Shown here piece by piece: positions 23,359-35,884 of a DNA stretch of 64,000 bases. The stretch is from the NCBI GenBank assembly GCA_003971905.1, contig RSEE01000029.1, forward strand, positions 310,001-374,000, in the 5' to 3' direction. Position 1 is the first letter of the stretch. The number at the start of each line of letters is the position of its first letter. The translations under genes were made by a program, and so were the position numbers. The notes beneath the pieces are model-generated. The model was not told the origin of the DNA. It made no database searches and worked only from the letters and a program-made list of their open reading frames with translations. The stretch is from Moniliella sp. 'wahieum' (lineage: Eukaryota).

Positions 23359-25755
23359 ATGTCGACCCAGGTCCTGCCCTCTGCCCCGCCATCGCTCGGC
23401 CGCGTCCCCGCCGGCCGCGACACATCCACACCGCCTCCGCCTCGGCCTCCCTCCCCGCCTCTCCTGCCGCCCGCCTCGATGCCCACCGCCGCGCCCACAC
23501 GCTGAGCCCTGGCGCCCTCGCCTCCCTCGCCTCCTCCCCCCCTCCGTCTCGACGGCTGCCTTGCGTCCCCTTGCCCTCCCCGTCCCCCGCGTACTCGAGG
23601 TGCCTAGCATGTCTGCATCTGCGTCTGCGTCTCTCCCCGCCCCCGCCCCACTGCCCCATCGCCGCTCCACTCCCGCTCCCACTCCCGCTCCGCCATTGTA
23701 TTCCCCCTGCCCCACTCCAATTCCGCCACATCCTCCCCCCCGCCCACCATCTCCCGTCGCACTTGTGCCCCTGCCCCCTCCCCTTCCTCTCTCTTCCCTC
23801 CGCCCCCTCGTCCCCGCCTCTCGGGCGCGCCATGCCACCTGCATCGCATCGGCTGCCTGCCCCAGCCCCGGTCTCTGCTCCCCTCCACCAGCCTTCCTAC
23901 AGTCACCGCCCCTACACCTACCCGCCCGGTCGGCCTCACCGGCTGGACCTTTCCACGCCAAGCACCCGAGGTGTGTCCTCCCTCTTCTCTTCGCATATGT
24001 CACTGACACCGTCTTCTCATTCGCAGTCAGATGACGACCTGGCGTCTTCTTTGTCTGTCCGACAGGGCGGGCCTGAGCAGAGCCCAATACGTGGTACCGT
24101 TGCCGAACGGTCCCGTTTGGCTCAGTTCTCTTTTGGTCGCTCCCCCTCCACGTCCCCGTCGGCCAGGCGGCCACAGCAAGCTGCTTCTGTCTCGCCGGCA
24201 CTGTCCCCAATCAACACCGCCCAACTCAGTCCAGCTGGCCTGGGCTTGTCTCCCCACCCATCGCCCGAGCTATCCAGTCGACGATCGCTGAGCCCCTCAC
24301 TGTCACCCGCACCCTCATCGCATCGTCGCTCGCCTACTCTTTCCCCTGCAGTGTCAACCGGTATGACCTTATGCCCTCGATCTGTTTCCCCGGCCCACTC
24401 CCCCAGCGGAGGCGCCGGCACGCGCAAAGCGTTCGTCTTTCTATATCCGCACGCGGGCCAGTGGATGCAAATGAGGCATTGCGCTCGGTAGAAGTTGCTC
24501 TGGGAGCACCTCCTTCCTCGAGCGACCGTTCTGATTCAGCTTCCCTCACATCCGATGCCGAGTCCGACACTGGTCTCCGTCCCGAACCGTTCCAAGGCAC
24601 ACCAAGAGCTTCTTCCCCACTTGCTTCCTCTTCCCTCGCATATGGCCCCTGCCCTTGGCCTCGTCTCGCCCTTCGATTCTCCGCGCCTTGCACCCCATGG
24701 CACATCTCCTACCCCAACGCCCATGCTCGATCGTCTGGCTGAAGATCCCGAGCTGGCATTTGCCCTTACTGCCTCCGGCCCAACCCCTGCAGTCGTCCTT
24801 CCCGATCACTCCATGTTGGACGGCCACGATGGTGACGTCACTGTCCAGCCAATAAGAGAGGGCAAATATGTCCGCTTCCGTCTTCCTGCCGAGGTCATTG
24901 GGGTGAGTGCCGCCGCTGAAGATCCGTCTTGGCTAGCGGACCAACGGCGATGGACGCGACTAGGCGCCGGGTTTGGACTGGAGGACGAGATGGGCGAGAT
25001 GGAGGAGGAGGCCGCGGTGTCCACCTCGACGCTCCCGGATTGGACCGAGGAGGAGACGTCGGACCCGATGGTACTCAGTACCCAGGCGAGAGAAACCGTG
25101 TCAAGGCTTAAGAAGCGTGCGGCGGTCGCGATGGAAAGGCGGGGATCGGGTCATGCGCGGACAACGTCCGGCTCGGCCTGGCACTGCGTGATCGTCGGTC
25201 AGATGAAAGGGAAGATTGGAACGAATGCAAGCCGTCGATCGACCTGGATTTGTTGCAAGATGTGGAGGCGGAACTGGGCGCCTTGCCGAGCGAGTCGCTC
25301 CCGGTGCCGCTCCCTGCGCCCGAAGTGGTAGGCCACGATCACGATGCGCTCGATCTGCCTGCGGTCTCGCCCGATTTTTCCTCCACCTTGTCGGCGTCCA
25401 CGTCGGCATCTGCCTCGACGCCTCTTCTGTCCCAAGGACCTACCCCGGTGGCTTGATTGCCAAGGCCAAGGAAGGCGTGTCGAGCTCGACCTTGTCGCCT
25501 ACTGCTCCCATCTTTACCCCAACCTGGACAGCAGGGGTCGGCCCGCCCGCCGTTACACGTACGGTTCCTCCTTTAGTTTCCCCCCTCGCGGTGGGATGGG
25601 CGGGACCAAGCATGTTCGTGCGCATTCCAGCCAGCTGCCTTATTTTCCCTCTGCCCCGGTTCTGCCGCCCCCGGGCCAGGGGCAGACTTTGGGGGCTGCG
25701 ATGGGACTTGGATCACGGGCGTGCGGGCGGGTCGGGCAAGCGTCGGCGGACCTGA
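23359..25755 (+). CDS. Uncharacterised Pro/Ser-rich intrinsically disordered protein with PAM2-like and RVxF-like motifs
   Basis: Chain of frameshifted ORFs (MSTQVLPSAPP..., 23115-24491, 24371-24742, 24495-25331, 25250-25456, 25216-25755). Probable intron about 23970-24025 (GTGTGT...CTGAC...GCAG). Ends GGSGKRRRT*. Start codon and frames are uncertain. Confidence 0.55.
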
Positions 25756-27274
25756 AGCGTGGTGGATGGCACCCCACGTGTCTCCTTCTTACCCTTACAC
25801 TTCTCTTCCTGGGTGGGTTGGCGTACCCTATTGGCCAGCGCCTGTACCAGCTGTGCCACCGCCACTGGCGATGCGCACGCACCGCGCTACCCACACCCTC
25901 ACCTCCTTCCCCTCAGCCACTTCGTTCGCCCCCGCCCCTGCCCCCGTCACCGCCCCCCGCACACCTCGTCTCCCTCTCACCACTTCTTTCCCTCTGCCCC
26001 AGCGCGGAGACGCGCGCGACTGGCTTCCTCTTCCTCCTCCCTCGTCAGCTCCCCACATCCCTCCTCGTCCGACCTGTGCTCCCCGAAATTGCACCGCTTC
26101 CTTGCCGTGCCGGTGGAGGCGATCGCGGCGCTCAAGAGGCACCAACGCTCTCGCTCTGTCCCGGCAGCTGTGCTGCGCGGGACAGGGCCAGGGACGTGAT
26201 GCTTCATGCATCATGATGTGACGTCGAGCCGAGTCGAGTCGGGTCAGGTGACGCATCGCTTAGTGATTTGCCCACCGATACGATCCAATCCAATGCTTGA
26301 GCGCCGCAGCGCGTTTGCGGGCTCTCTGGCGCATTGGGTTTCTGGCCCTGCCTGTCCTCCCCTTTACCCCTTTAACCCTTTAACCCTTCAAGTCTTCAAC
26401 CCCGTTTTGTATGCTGTTGCATTGTGTTTGCATACTTTGCACACTTTGCCTTACCGCCCCCCCCCCCCCTAACCCCCTGTTCCTGAGCTCTCCTGGACCT
26501 ATAACCGGTATAACCACAACTCATGCATTCGCCCTTAGGCCCCATGTTCGATGTTCGATGTTCGGTGTTCGGTATTTCGATGTTGGATGATCCTATCCTC
26601 TGTAGCCCTACCTCACTGCTCCCACCTCGTGCCTCGCTTCGCACTTCGCACTGCGTCCCTCGTCTCTCACTAGACGTAACCATGGTGACTGTGCGTGTCA
26701 GCGCTCGACTTGGCCCGGCCCTGGTACGCACTAGTACGGGGCACGATGAGATGCAATCGGCAACCCTTCATCAGCTCCGTCGTCCACGTCATCGCGTCAT
26801 GTATAGTTGGTCTTGATGCAACGTCCTTCCTTACCTCTTGAACCCATGCCTCGCTGCCTGTGCTGGGACCTTGGCTGGACACGGCGTAGAGATCGACGCA
26901 AATGGTCCCTCCGCAGTATCACTATCACGAATGTCGCTTTGTACTTGCTGCCTGGTCGCCTGCTACTGATGTGACAATCTCTCCCCCCTCCATCCCTCTC
27001 CCACCACTCTCTTTCTTACTCACGCACATTCGTCTGGCCACAACCGTCTCCATTGAAATCCATCTCGCCCACCCTGACCGTGGAGCAGCCATGCACTCCC
27101 ACAAGGTGCTCAAAGGAGCTTCAAGGGGCCAAGCTCGGTGGGGCTCACGACAGGGCTGCGGCGGCGGGAAAACTGCAACAGCCGATCCGGCAGCAACACA
27201 GGGCAAATGCAAAAGACAAAAACACGAAGACACCCAAAAAAGGGAATAGGAAGAAGCGAGCGAGAACCCTGCAA

Positions 27275-30200
27275 TCACGTCGCTTGTTTCGCGGTGCAGG
27301 AGAGGCAACAGAGGGAGAAGGGGGTGCTGCACCATTGTCGAGGCCTGGCGTGGTACTTGTGCTTGTGCTGGTTCTTGTACTTGCGCTTGCGCTTGTGTTG
27401 GGGCTTGCGCTTGCGTTTGCGTCGCCTGGGCCGAGGGGCCCAGGGAAGTGGTTGGCTGCACCACCCCCATCATGCCAGCTACTCGCGTCAAGTCCAGTGC
27501 CGGCCCATCCGATTCGACAGCGACCACCAGTTCGTCCAACATCTCCTCCACTTTTTCTTCCTCTACGTTGCAGCAGAGTGCGACGACTCTTCGGCACTTG
27601 GCTTCCCGCTGAGTGCCGCTTCGGGTGGCTTGGGCGGCACGGGCGGTCCAAAGCGACGTTTGGTGGGTAAGCGCATGGTCCAACCAGCGTAACCGAACCA
27701 ACTCATCTTGCTTTTCTTGTTCCTTCACTTCGACCGACACACCGGCGCCATCACCTCGTCCCACCCGTCGCCTGTCTTAGCACGTTGCTCTTCCAACAAA
27801 GCCCATTCCGCTTTGGCTTCTTCGTCCAACGGAGGCACTTGCGTCGTCAACTCTTCTACCACCCGGTCCACATGCGCACGCATGTGTCGCGCTTCGTCCA
27901 TTTGTGCATCCCTTTGCTGCGCTTGCGCCAGCTGCCGCCGTTGGGCGGCCAAGTCGCGCGTGGCACGTTGCAACGCCGTCTGCGCCGTCGCGACAGCTGT
28001 CTCTTTGCTCGTCCGCTCGGCCTGGTGCATACGCTCCATCTCCTCCAGCGCGCTGGTCATGTCTGCCCCCCCACCCCGCAAAAATGTAAGCATAATTAGC
28101 ATGGTGCTGCTGCCAAGAGGCACAGAAAAAAAAGCAAGACAAGGGGGGAAATGAGCACATACCTTGAAGCAAATCGCTGCTCTTTGCCAGTGGTGGCTTG
28201 GGGGGCGGCGCCAACGACGCCACCACATCCTTTACAGTCGCAGACGCTTGCCTCGCCTCGGCCTCGCGTGCGACTGGAGAAGCTATGGTGTCCAACCCCA
28301 GTCAGCAGGACGGATGCCAAGGTGGTTGGGCATGTCTCTCTCTTGCGCCACAGGCTAACAAGAGACTGACCATGCTCCCATTCCCAATCCGCGCTACGAT
28401 CCCCAACGCCGTTTCACCATCGTCGTCTTGCGCGTCCCGCAGCGCGCAGGCCGCCTGCAGTGGTACCACGGGCTCGATGGCCTTGTCCCCCGTACCATCC
28501 CTGCCGTACCGCGCGCAGGGGGGAACACAGATCCAACACGGTCGCAAGGTAATACCGTGCCGATGCACTGCGACCTCGCAGTGCGGCGACCATAGCAATG
28601 TGGTGCAGGATGGTACGGCGTTTATAGTCGCGCGTAAAGATCGAATCGCGCAAGATCCGAAGCAGTTGAGGAAACGTAGCTGCCTCGTACCCGTTCGTTA
28701 CCAACACGGCCCGATGCAACGCCGTTTCGCCAGCAAAATTGCCAGCTTGGATGTTGCTACCACCTTGGTCAGGCGGGAGGGCGGTAAGCATCTGGACCAG
28801 GGCAAGTTGACCCAACGCCGATGCCCAGTGCAGCGGCGTATGGCCGTGATCGTCAATGACAATGTTGACGCTGACCGCCGGGGCCTGCTCGGGGCCAGAC
28901 GCGGAGGACAGAGCAGCGGTCATACGCGCCAACAACGCTTGCAATTGCATCGCGGCGTGCCATGGCGTGTGTTCTCGGCATTGGGCCCCGTATCGAGAAA
29001 GAGAGTGGTCAACATTCCTTGAGCGCACGCTCTTGTTGCTCATTGGCCCCCGTCGCATGAAACGCCTGCGGACGATCGGCAAAGCGTGCCGATGTGTCCC
29101 GCGCCAAGTTCTCGGGAGGGCCAAGGATCATACGCGCACTCTTTCCCACCCGAAGAACGTTGGTGGCATGACCATCGGTCGAGGCAAGCGCAGCAGCTTG
29201 TACCAATCCCCCCTCAGGACCTAGCGTATTCAAGTCGCGCACCGGTTCCAGACTCGACAACAGGCTCGCTGCTTCTGCCGTCGCCTCGAGACCAGACGTA
29301 CGTGTGGAAGGGGGGAGAGGCAAAGCTGGAGCTGGGGATGGAGCTTGGGCTGGAGCTGAGGCGGAGGCGGAGGATGGCGCTGGGGGTGAGGACAACGACA
29401 CGGAATCGGCGCCCTGATGCAAAGAGTCCATCCGCGGCCGCTTGTTTGCCCCTTCCGCTTCGTCAGGGCCAAGAGGAAGGAAGCGGGGGGCTTGGATCGA
29501 CGCTGCACTGTGACCTGGTTCGGCATGGGCAAACGCTGGTGGAGGGGGGGGAAGGGGGAACCCAATGCTGCCTGCGGGGCCGGGTGGGATGTCGGCAATG
29601 AAGTGGCGTTGTTAAAGGTGGGTGGGAAAGGGGGCATCGTACGATTGTCTGACGGTGGAAGAAGAGGTCCATTGGTTGGTGGAGGCTGCAGATAGGTCAT
29701 CATCCGGTTGACGCTCTGCTGGGAAGGCGCATTGGGGTTGGGTCGTTTGCCTTGGGGGCGAGAGTCAAAGCCGCCTCTGTGGCAGGATCAAACTCGAGCA
29801 ACGGCTGGAGCAGATGGGCAACAGAGTACTTGGCGGCCAATGGGGGCACGACCCAGGGGAATCCAAGTGCCCTGGTACTTGCCGTACCCACCTTGCACTT
29901 TCTCATGTTCGCCCACCAAGATCTCCCGGTCCAGAATCTTGGTCCGCCGCGTCTTGTCAATGCCTGCAACCTTGAGGATTTGGGTCGCATTCAAGTACCC
30001 GTCCCCCTCCGACGCATGCACGCAATCCCACGCACCGTCATCTCGTACACAGGCACACCAGAGTAAGGTCGCGAGGTAAATGCGCGGGGGGTAGATGCGC
30101 CGGGCCCGGTGGTGGCCACGTGAAGCGAGCCCGGTGGTCCCGGCGCCCTCGTCCGGCACGGGAGGAGGCATGTTCCCACTGGGATATGCGCGGTGAGGGA

Positions 30201-30433
30201 GCGCAGGAGCAGGCTTGCCGCCTGTGGGATGGAGGAGCGGGGGGGCGGGGTAGGGCATGACGGAGGGAGCGGGGTGGGGGTAGGCGCCAGGGTACGCCAT
30301 CTGGGCATGGGGCGGCAGGCCGTGGGTGCTTGCGGGGTCGGTGGGGGCGGGTACTGGGGCAGCGGGTATGGTGGGGCACTGCTGGAAGGCGTGCCGCCGG
30401 GGACGGGGCCGAGGGTGAGCCGGCAGCGGCCAT
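27275..30433 (-). CDS. SWI6: APSES (KilA-N) plus ankyrin cell-cycle transcription factor, Swi6/Cdc10-type MBF/SBF subunit
   Basis: [69 protein letters not shown]; ankyrins [11 protein letters not shown] and [23 protein letters not shown]-terminal [10 protein letters not shown]...VAVESDG. Introns 28063-28162 and about 28282-28370. Ends are approximate; Swi6-type rather than Mbp1-type is judged from motifs. Confidence 0.85.
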
Positions 30434-30605
30434 GGGGACGCGACGGGCGGCGGCGGGGGGGGGAGGGCGAAGGATAGCGGGGGAGGCGCGACAAGGGGCG
30501 AGGGCGGCAGGGGAGAGGGGAAGGAGATGGCGGTGCGGATGAAGATAGAGGGAAGGAGGATGGAGGGGCGGTGGGGCGGCGGGCAGAGCGGATGGCGGGG
30601 CAGAG

Positions 30606-30672
30606 CGATGGCGGGGCCGATGGCGATGGCGATGGCGATGGCGATGGCGATGGCGACGGCGATGGCGATGGC
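30606..30672 (+). repeat. (GATGGC)n hexanucleotide microsatellite upstream of the SWI6-like gene
   Basis: About 9-10 near-perfect GATGGC copies. Confidence 0.9.
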
Positions 30673-31031
30673 GTTGGGAAGCATGCCGTCGGGCAGGCGA
30701 GGCGGCAGCCCACTCGAGACGCAGCGCAAGCACGCCGACTTGAACGTTCAAGGCACTGCTCCAGCCGCCGCCAATTAACAGCGGCTACGCGTGTGGGCGT
30801 GACGCATGACGCATGAGGGAGTCTGACGCATGACGCGACCGACGCGCATCAGAACAATCACCGACCGCCTGTCACCATCCCCCGTGCAGCCCATCCGCTC
30901 CATCCGCCTGTCGGGCGGCCTGCTGCGTTTACCCCTGCTTACGCCCCATCTATCGCACCCCCTCCCCTGCCCACTACCACCCCCTTTTGAAGCAAACACA
31001 TTCTTCGGCCCAGCCACCACGCCGCCCCTCG

Positions 31032-33631
31032 CTATGCCCCCCGCCCAGCCGTCGGGTCGCGCGCCACCTGGAGCTGGTCCAGCGCCCCCACAAACCCCTC
31101 TCCGTCCGTCTCCCCCGGCGCCCCTTCCTCATCGTCGTCCACCACAATCGCGTGGTTCACCGACAGCCCCTCTTCGTTGGCCAGGTGCAGCAGACAGATG
31201 AAGCAGAACGACGTCGAGATCTCCTCCAGCTGCTCCTTGCCGTACCGGCCCTTGAGACCGTTGAGGATCGTATCCTCACCTTGGGCTCCTTGGTAGGCGT
31301 TGCCGGCTCTTGCTCTGCCTCGTCCGACGTCGTATCCGAGTCCCCTGCCGCCTCGGCCGCACTGGCGCCCTTGATTTCCAACCCACGCCAAATGTTCCCT
31401 TGAGCTGGCGCACATCAATCCGCTTGGCTTTCTTGGCGTAATTAACCGTCACAGCCGGCAAGCGCGCTTGCCGATCTCGCGCCAGCTGAGCCTCGTCCCA
31501 ATCTTCCTCCTTGGGCCGAACCAAAGGACACTGGTCGCTCAAAGCCCTCATCCAGCGCAGGCATGTCGTCCAGGTCGTCAAAGCCATTGTCACCAAATGG
31601 CAACGGTCCCTCGTCCCCGCGGCGCCCGTGTCAAAGTCCAAGTTCCCTGCCTCATCCCGTGCCGCCTGCGCATCCGCCCAAAACGTCTCCCCCTCTCTGT
31701 GTCTGCTCCGAGGGTACGCCAGTCGTCTCATCCGCCATCATCTCGGCGCCTCCACCCAGAGCACCACGGCGGCGCACATTGAGCATGCGTGGTTTGGTAA
31801 ACAGACGTAGGAGTTGGCGAGAGTTGAAATGCGTGTCAGGCGGCAAAAGGAATTGGCTGGCACTTTGTCCCTGGTTCTTGCGGGGACGCGGAAGGGTGAT
31901 CCCCCCAGCGCCCGTGCGCGAGGTGGGGGGGCAAAGAGCGTTTTGGCATCCACCTCGCCTTCAGGATCGTCAAAGTCAATCACCAATGGCTGTTTCTGGT
32001 GCGCTTGCTTGGACCAGCCTCGTTGGCCTTGTCTTTAGCTGCCTTGTCCTTGTCGCCTCCACCGAGCAGTCGACGCATCTTCCAGTGCTCCGGCCCGGCC
32101 CAGTTCTTCGTCAGCTGCGCATCAAACAGTCGAACATGCATCCCCATCCCCCTCGGTCCCAGGCCCATTGTCCAATCGGAAATCACCCAAGCAACAAAGA
32201 TGTCTTGGCCGCCCCGCTGCACGGCTGACGAAGTCCGCTCGCCCGCAACAGGATCAAACCCATCGAGCACGAGACCTTCCCCAGCAGCCCGGCATCCAGG
32301 TCCGAATCCAAGTGAGACAGCCCCGGAGCGGCCACCTCGGCCAGAGCCGCATCTTGGAACAGATCTGCATCCCCATCCATCTCTGGCCCATCTTCCAGCG
32401 CTGGCATTTCATCGTCCGCCCACGTCGAGGTGAGCGATGGGCCCCAAGCCGGAGCCGACGACGAAGGCATCGAGTCCCACCCGGCACTCGACGCAGGCGC
32501 ATCGGCCAAGTCCTCAAACAACGTGGTGTCATTCGCAGCGAAGCGGAAGGGGCAAACGTAGGGCAGATGGCCTGAGGTCCCAAAAGATCCGTCAGGGCTT
32601 CGTTCATCTCCCCGACGAGGGGACCAGATCGGTTCCCAGCAGCTTGGATGCCAGTTTGGCCATGTCCAGTGCTCCACTGCCACAGTCGCATGCGTTAGGG
32701 GAGCTGATGCCCTGGGTCCGCATCGGACGGGTCGGATGGGGCACTTTCGGCAGGGTTGGTCGTTTCCGACTGGGAGCCCGCATGGTCTTCCGGCACACCG
32801 GGAGCATCCCCGGCATCAAAAACGATGCGCATGTGGGAGTCGACACCAAGAGGTTCATACAGACCACCAGCACCGCCCTCGTCAAAGTCGGCGCTTGTCT
32901 TCTTGAACAGTGGGTCAACCGAAAACTCGAGGTCAAAGCCCTTGAGAGCGATCTGGTGGAAATCCTTGACCAACGTGCTTCCTTGGTGGTCTTGCGCTTG
33001 CGTTTACCTGTCAGAGGCTCGCCATCTTCGCCCACGGCGTCTTCCTCCCATCCTCGTCGTCCGCATGGGGATTGGCACGCGTGCTGCTCGCTTCGTCCTG
33101 GAGACCGTGCAGCAACCGACCCGTTTCCACCACCACCGAGTCAACGCGCGACGTCCACACTTTGACACAACCATCCAACGTGCAAGACGCCTTTTGAAAA
33201 TTGATGCTGCATCGCCCGAGTCGGAACGGAGGAGGCTCATGTCGTGAAAGTAGTCGATCAACGCAAAGTTCCAGTGTTGACGCATTGATCTTATTGTCGG
33301 TCGCCAGCTTCATCCACTCCTCGAACGAGGGTGCTGTCCACCCGGATGGGCCGGAGGAGCCACTGGCGGCCCATCAGCCCCACCCACACCAGCAGATCTT
33401 CCCGTAGCCGGGGGCTCGATCGCTGACAGGCGGGGGCGGCGGGCAGCGCCAGTCGAGGCACGGGGGGCGGGTTTGCCGGGCTTAGAGCCTGCGTGAACGG
33501 CGTACATAGTCAGTGTTGATGGACGCAAATGGGGGGGTGGGGAGCGGGGATGCGACGAACAGGAGCGTATGGTGCGTAGCGTTGGTGTCGGTGTGCCCGA
33601 GGGCGCGGCGAGCGGTGGTATGGGCGCTCAT
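31032..33631 (-). CDS. BRN1: Condensin I kleisin subunit (Brn1/Cnd2/CAP-H, barren)
   Basis: MKLATDNKINA, NFALIDYFHDMSLL, INFQKASCTLDGCVKVWTSRVDSV, DLEFSVDPLFKKTSADFDEGGAGGL, NWAGPEHWK, LPPDTHFNSRQLLRLFTKP, YAKKAKRIDVRQLK, EISTSFCFICLLHLANEEGL. Many frameshifts; start ATG inferred. Confidence 0.93.
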
Positions 33632-33761
33632 GGGCGAGAGGGAGCACCAGACGCGTGGGAAAACGAGGCGGTGGTCGAAAGGCCTGCCCGCAGGCAGCGG
33701 CGACTGTGGAGTTTGTCCTGTCCAGCCCAGACTCGTCGCTCGCGCCCCACCAAGCGCGATG

Positions 33762-33846
33762 CACGTGACTGAAAATGGAAAGTCACGTGATTCCATCCCC
33801 GTGCCTTCCTGGGATGCCGGTGCGCGCGAAGGGGGGGGCACGTGAC
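33762..33846. promoter_or_regulatory. Three GTCACGTG (bHLH/Cbf1-type E-box) sites upstream of BRN1
   Basis: CACGTG cores at 33762, 33784 and 33839, each reading GTCACGTG on one strand. The first two form a 9-bp inverted repeat with a 10-nt spacer. Confidence 0.55.
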
Positions 33847-34017
33847 CGAGCACTTCGCTGCTTCGAATATCGATTGCCATCTCCACTGCTTCTGCCACTA
33901 CTGCTACTGCTGCTACTCCGGCGCCCATCCAGCTACTTTGAACGCACGAAGAAGCATCAATATCCCGGTGGATCCCCCTTCCAGCGCCAGGTGTATACTA
34001 TGCAACTGAGGTGGTGC

Positions 34018-35008
34018 TTAGAGAATACATAGCCAACAGGACTCGAAAGTATTAGGGTGCCTCCAGCTGTGTTGATGCTCATTGCGGCTGAGCCGCCTCC
34101 TCGTTGGGACAACAGCCGGCAGCTCGTCACGATGTGTGTTGAGCACCCGGTCAAGCCATACACCCCACCGACCAAAATGCCCATCTTGGTTGTTCGCCCG
34201 CAACGATGCCGGTCCCAAGCGGGCCGAGTAACCCAGCACCAAGGTCGTCAAGCCCCCAGCAATCAACCCGTCCACCACGCGCCAGGGCGACTGGCCCCGC
34301 TCCATCGCAGCGGCCGCGAGACCACCAGGGGGGGGAAGGAAGGGGTCGGGAGCGGCGGTGCAAACCGGAAGATGACAAGAGCGCGATATCTTGGTCGGGG
34401 TCGTAGCTAGGGCGAATGATGTCAACGTCCATGTGCGCAACACATCCCTGCCGTCCGCCATTAGAGTGGCGCTGGGGGGTCCGAGTCGGCTCGTTCCGGT
34501 GCATGGGATAGCGACGTCGAGCGATGTTGTGCCCGTGTTGCCGTAGCTGGCAAGGGGCACGTTAGCTTGTGTTGGCGAAGAGGCATGTGCGAAACGGGCT
34601 TGGGCCCAGGTCCGGATCGTGCCTGCCGCCACATCGGTCAGGAGGAACGTAGCGACGACAGGTGTAGATGAAATGCGTTTGATGCCCCCACTGACCGCCG
34701 TCTTGATAACATGGTAGTTCTTGGTCTTGTTGTAGAAGTACCAGCCGTGGTACGTCGTCGGTGCCCGATGGGTATTTTCCGCCAGAAAAATCCGCGAGGC
34801 CAACGTCCAGAACGGCTGAGCCCTGTGAACAGGCCAGCCGTAGCGGCAATGCCAAGCCCAGCCACCAAGGGAAAGTCGGGGAAGTTGGTGTCGGTAAGAC
34901 ATAGGGATCCTCAGGGGACGGGTCCCCCCACGCCGGGGAGTGGAGTACTTCGTCCTCTTCCGCCACCGCCACTTCGCTCGACTCGGGCTTGGAAAAGTAC
35001 GAACCCAT
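34018..35008 (-). CDS. Conserved fungal uncharacterised membrane protein
   Basis: MGSYFS start; motif FLAENTHRAPTTYHGWYFYNKTKNYHVI recognised from uncharacterised fungal proteins; hydrophobic DGLIAGGLTTLVL. Frameshifted, 3' end uncertain. Confidence 0.65.
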
Positions 35009-35884
35009 GACGAGCTCCTAGGGGGAGAGGGGGGGGGGGCGAATCAGAAAACGGCGGTTAGGGTGTCACCGACCAAGGGAAGAGGAACGGCGAAGTAAGA
35101 GGAGGAGCTCGCAGGAGATGAGGCTCGAGCGCGCGAAGGTCGTGGTAAGGGCTGTGGGATTCTCACATCTCCCATCCTACGTCGGACCTTCCAGTGTGGC
35201 AGTATGGGCATGTGCACTGGCTCAGTCACACATTTCATATTTCAATGGGTCATTAGCCGGTGCACTCAGAACTCAGAACTTCGGGTGCGTCTGCGCATCC
35301 GTGTTCACCTCGCTTTTTAAACACGCAGGGACAGCAGTCGGCATGGCATGCACGAGAACGTAACCCCCATCATACATATCGGATGGCCATCGCCCTGAAG
35401 AGGTGCAAGCGCGAAGAGGATACACTTTGCGCCAGTCACACCGCATTCCTACCTCCTCGAGCGATTAGTGGGCCTCCCTTGCCATATCTGCCGTTGTGGT
35501 GCGTCCAACAGCGTAGGTCTACTTCTGTTGGCTCAAAAACAGCTCACATGAGCTATCTTAACATCCATATAGGATTGTACGGCAACAGGTATACCCGTAT
35601 TGGTTCTCATCAACGTCCCTTGCGAGCGCTCGGTATCAGATGTACCCACATTCAATTCTCTTCTTCTCTTTGCTCAACTAGGCCTCAGCTGGTCTCCATC
35701 CATAAGATGTACGTCGATCCCTCGTAACTCAAATGCAGGGGGTGGCTACATTTCGAGCCTGACTGCACCAAATGGAGAAGTATTGCTTACCGTAGCTAAC
35801 GCAAGAACGCGAACCGCGGCGCACAAATCGCGAATCAATGCAGCGTTGCAAACGGCAGATGTGGCAGGTTCCAGGAAAGTGGCC

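Noticed and set aside
26358..26390. Telomere-like repeats or telomerase template (TTTAACCC-type)
   Set aside because: Only about 3 imperfect copies, not TTAGGG-matching, and no pseudoknot or other telomerase RNA element was seen.
31032..33631. Calling BRN1 (and FKS1, CAB2, TEA4 and others) pseudogenes or programmed-frameshift genes
   Set aside because: Scattered 1-nt indels, often at homopolymers, in essential genes with intact motifs are best explained by long-read error.
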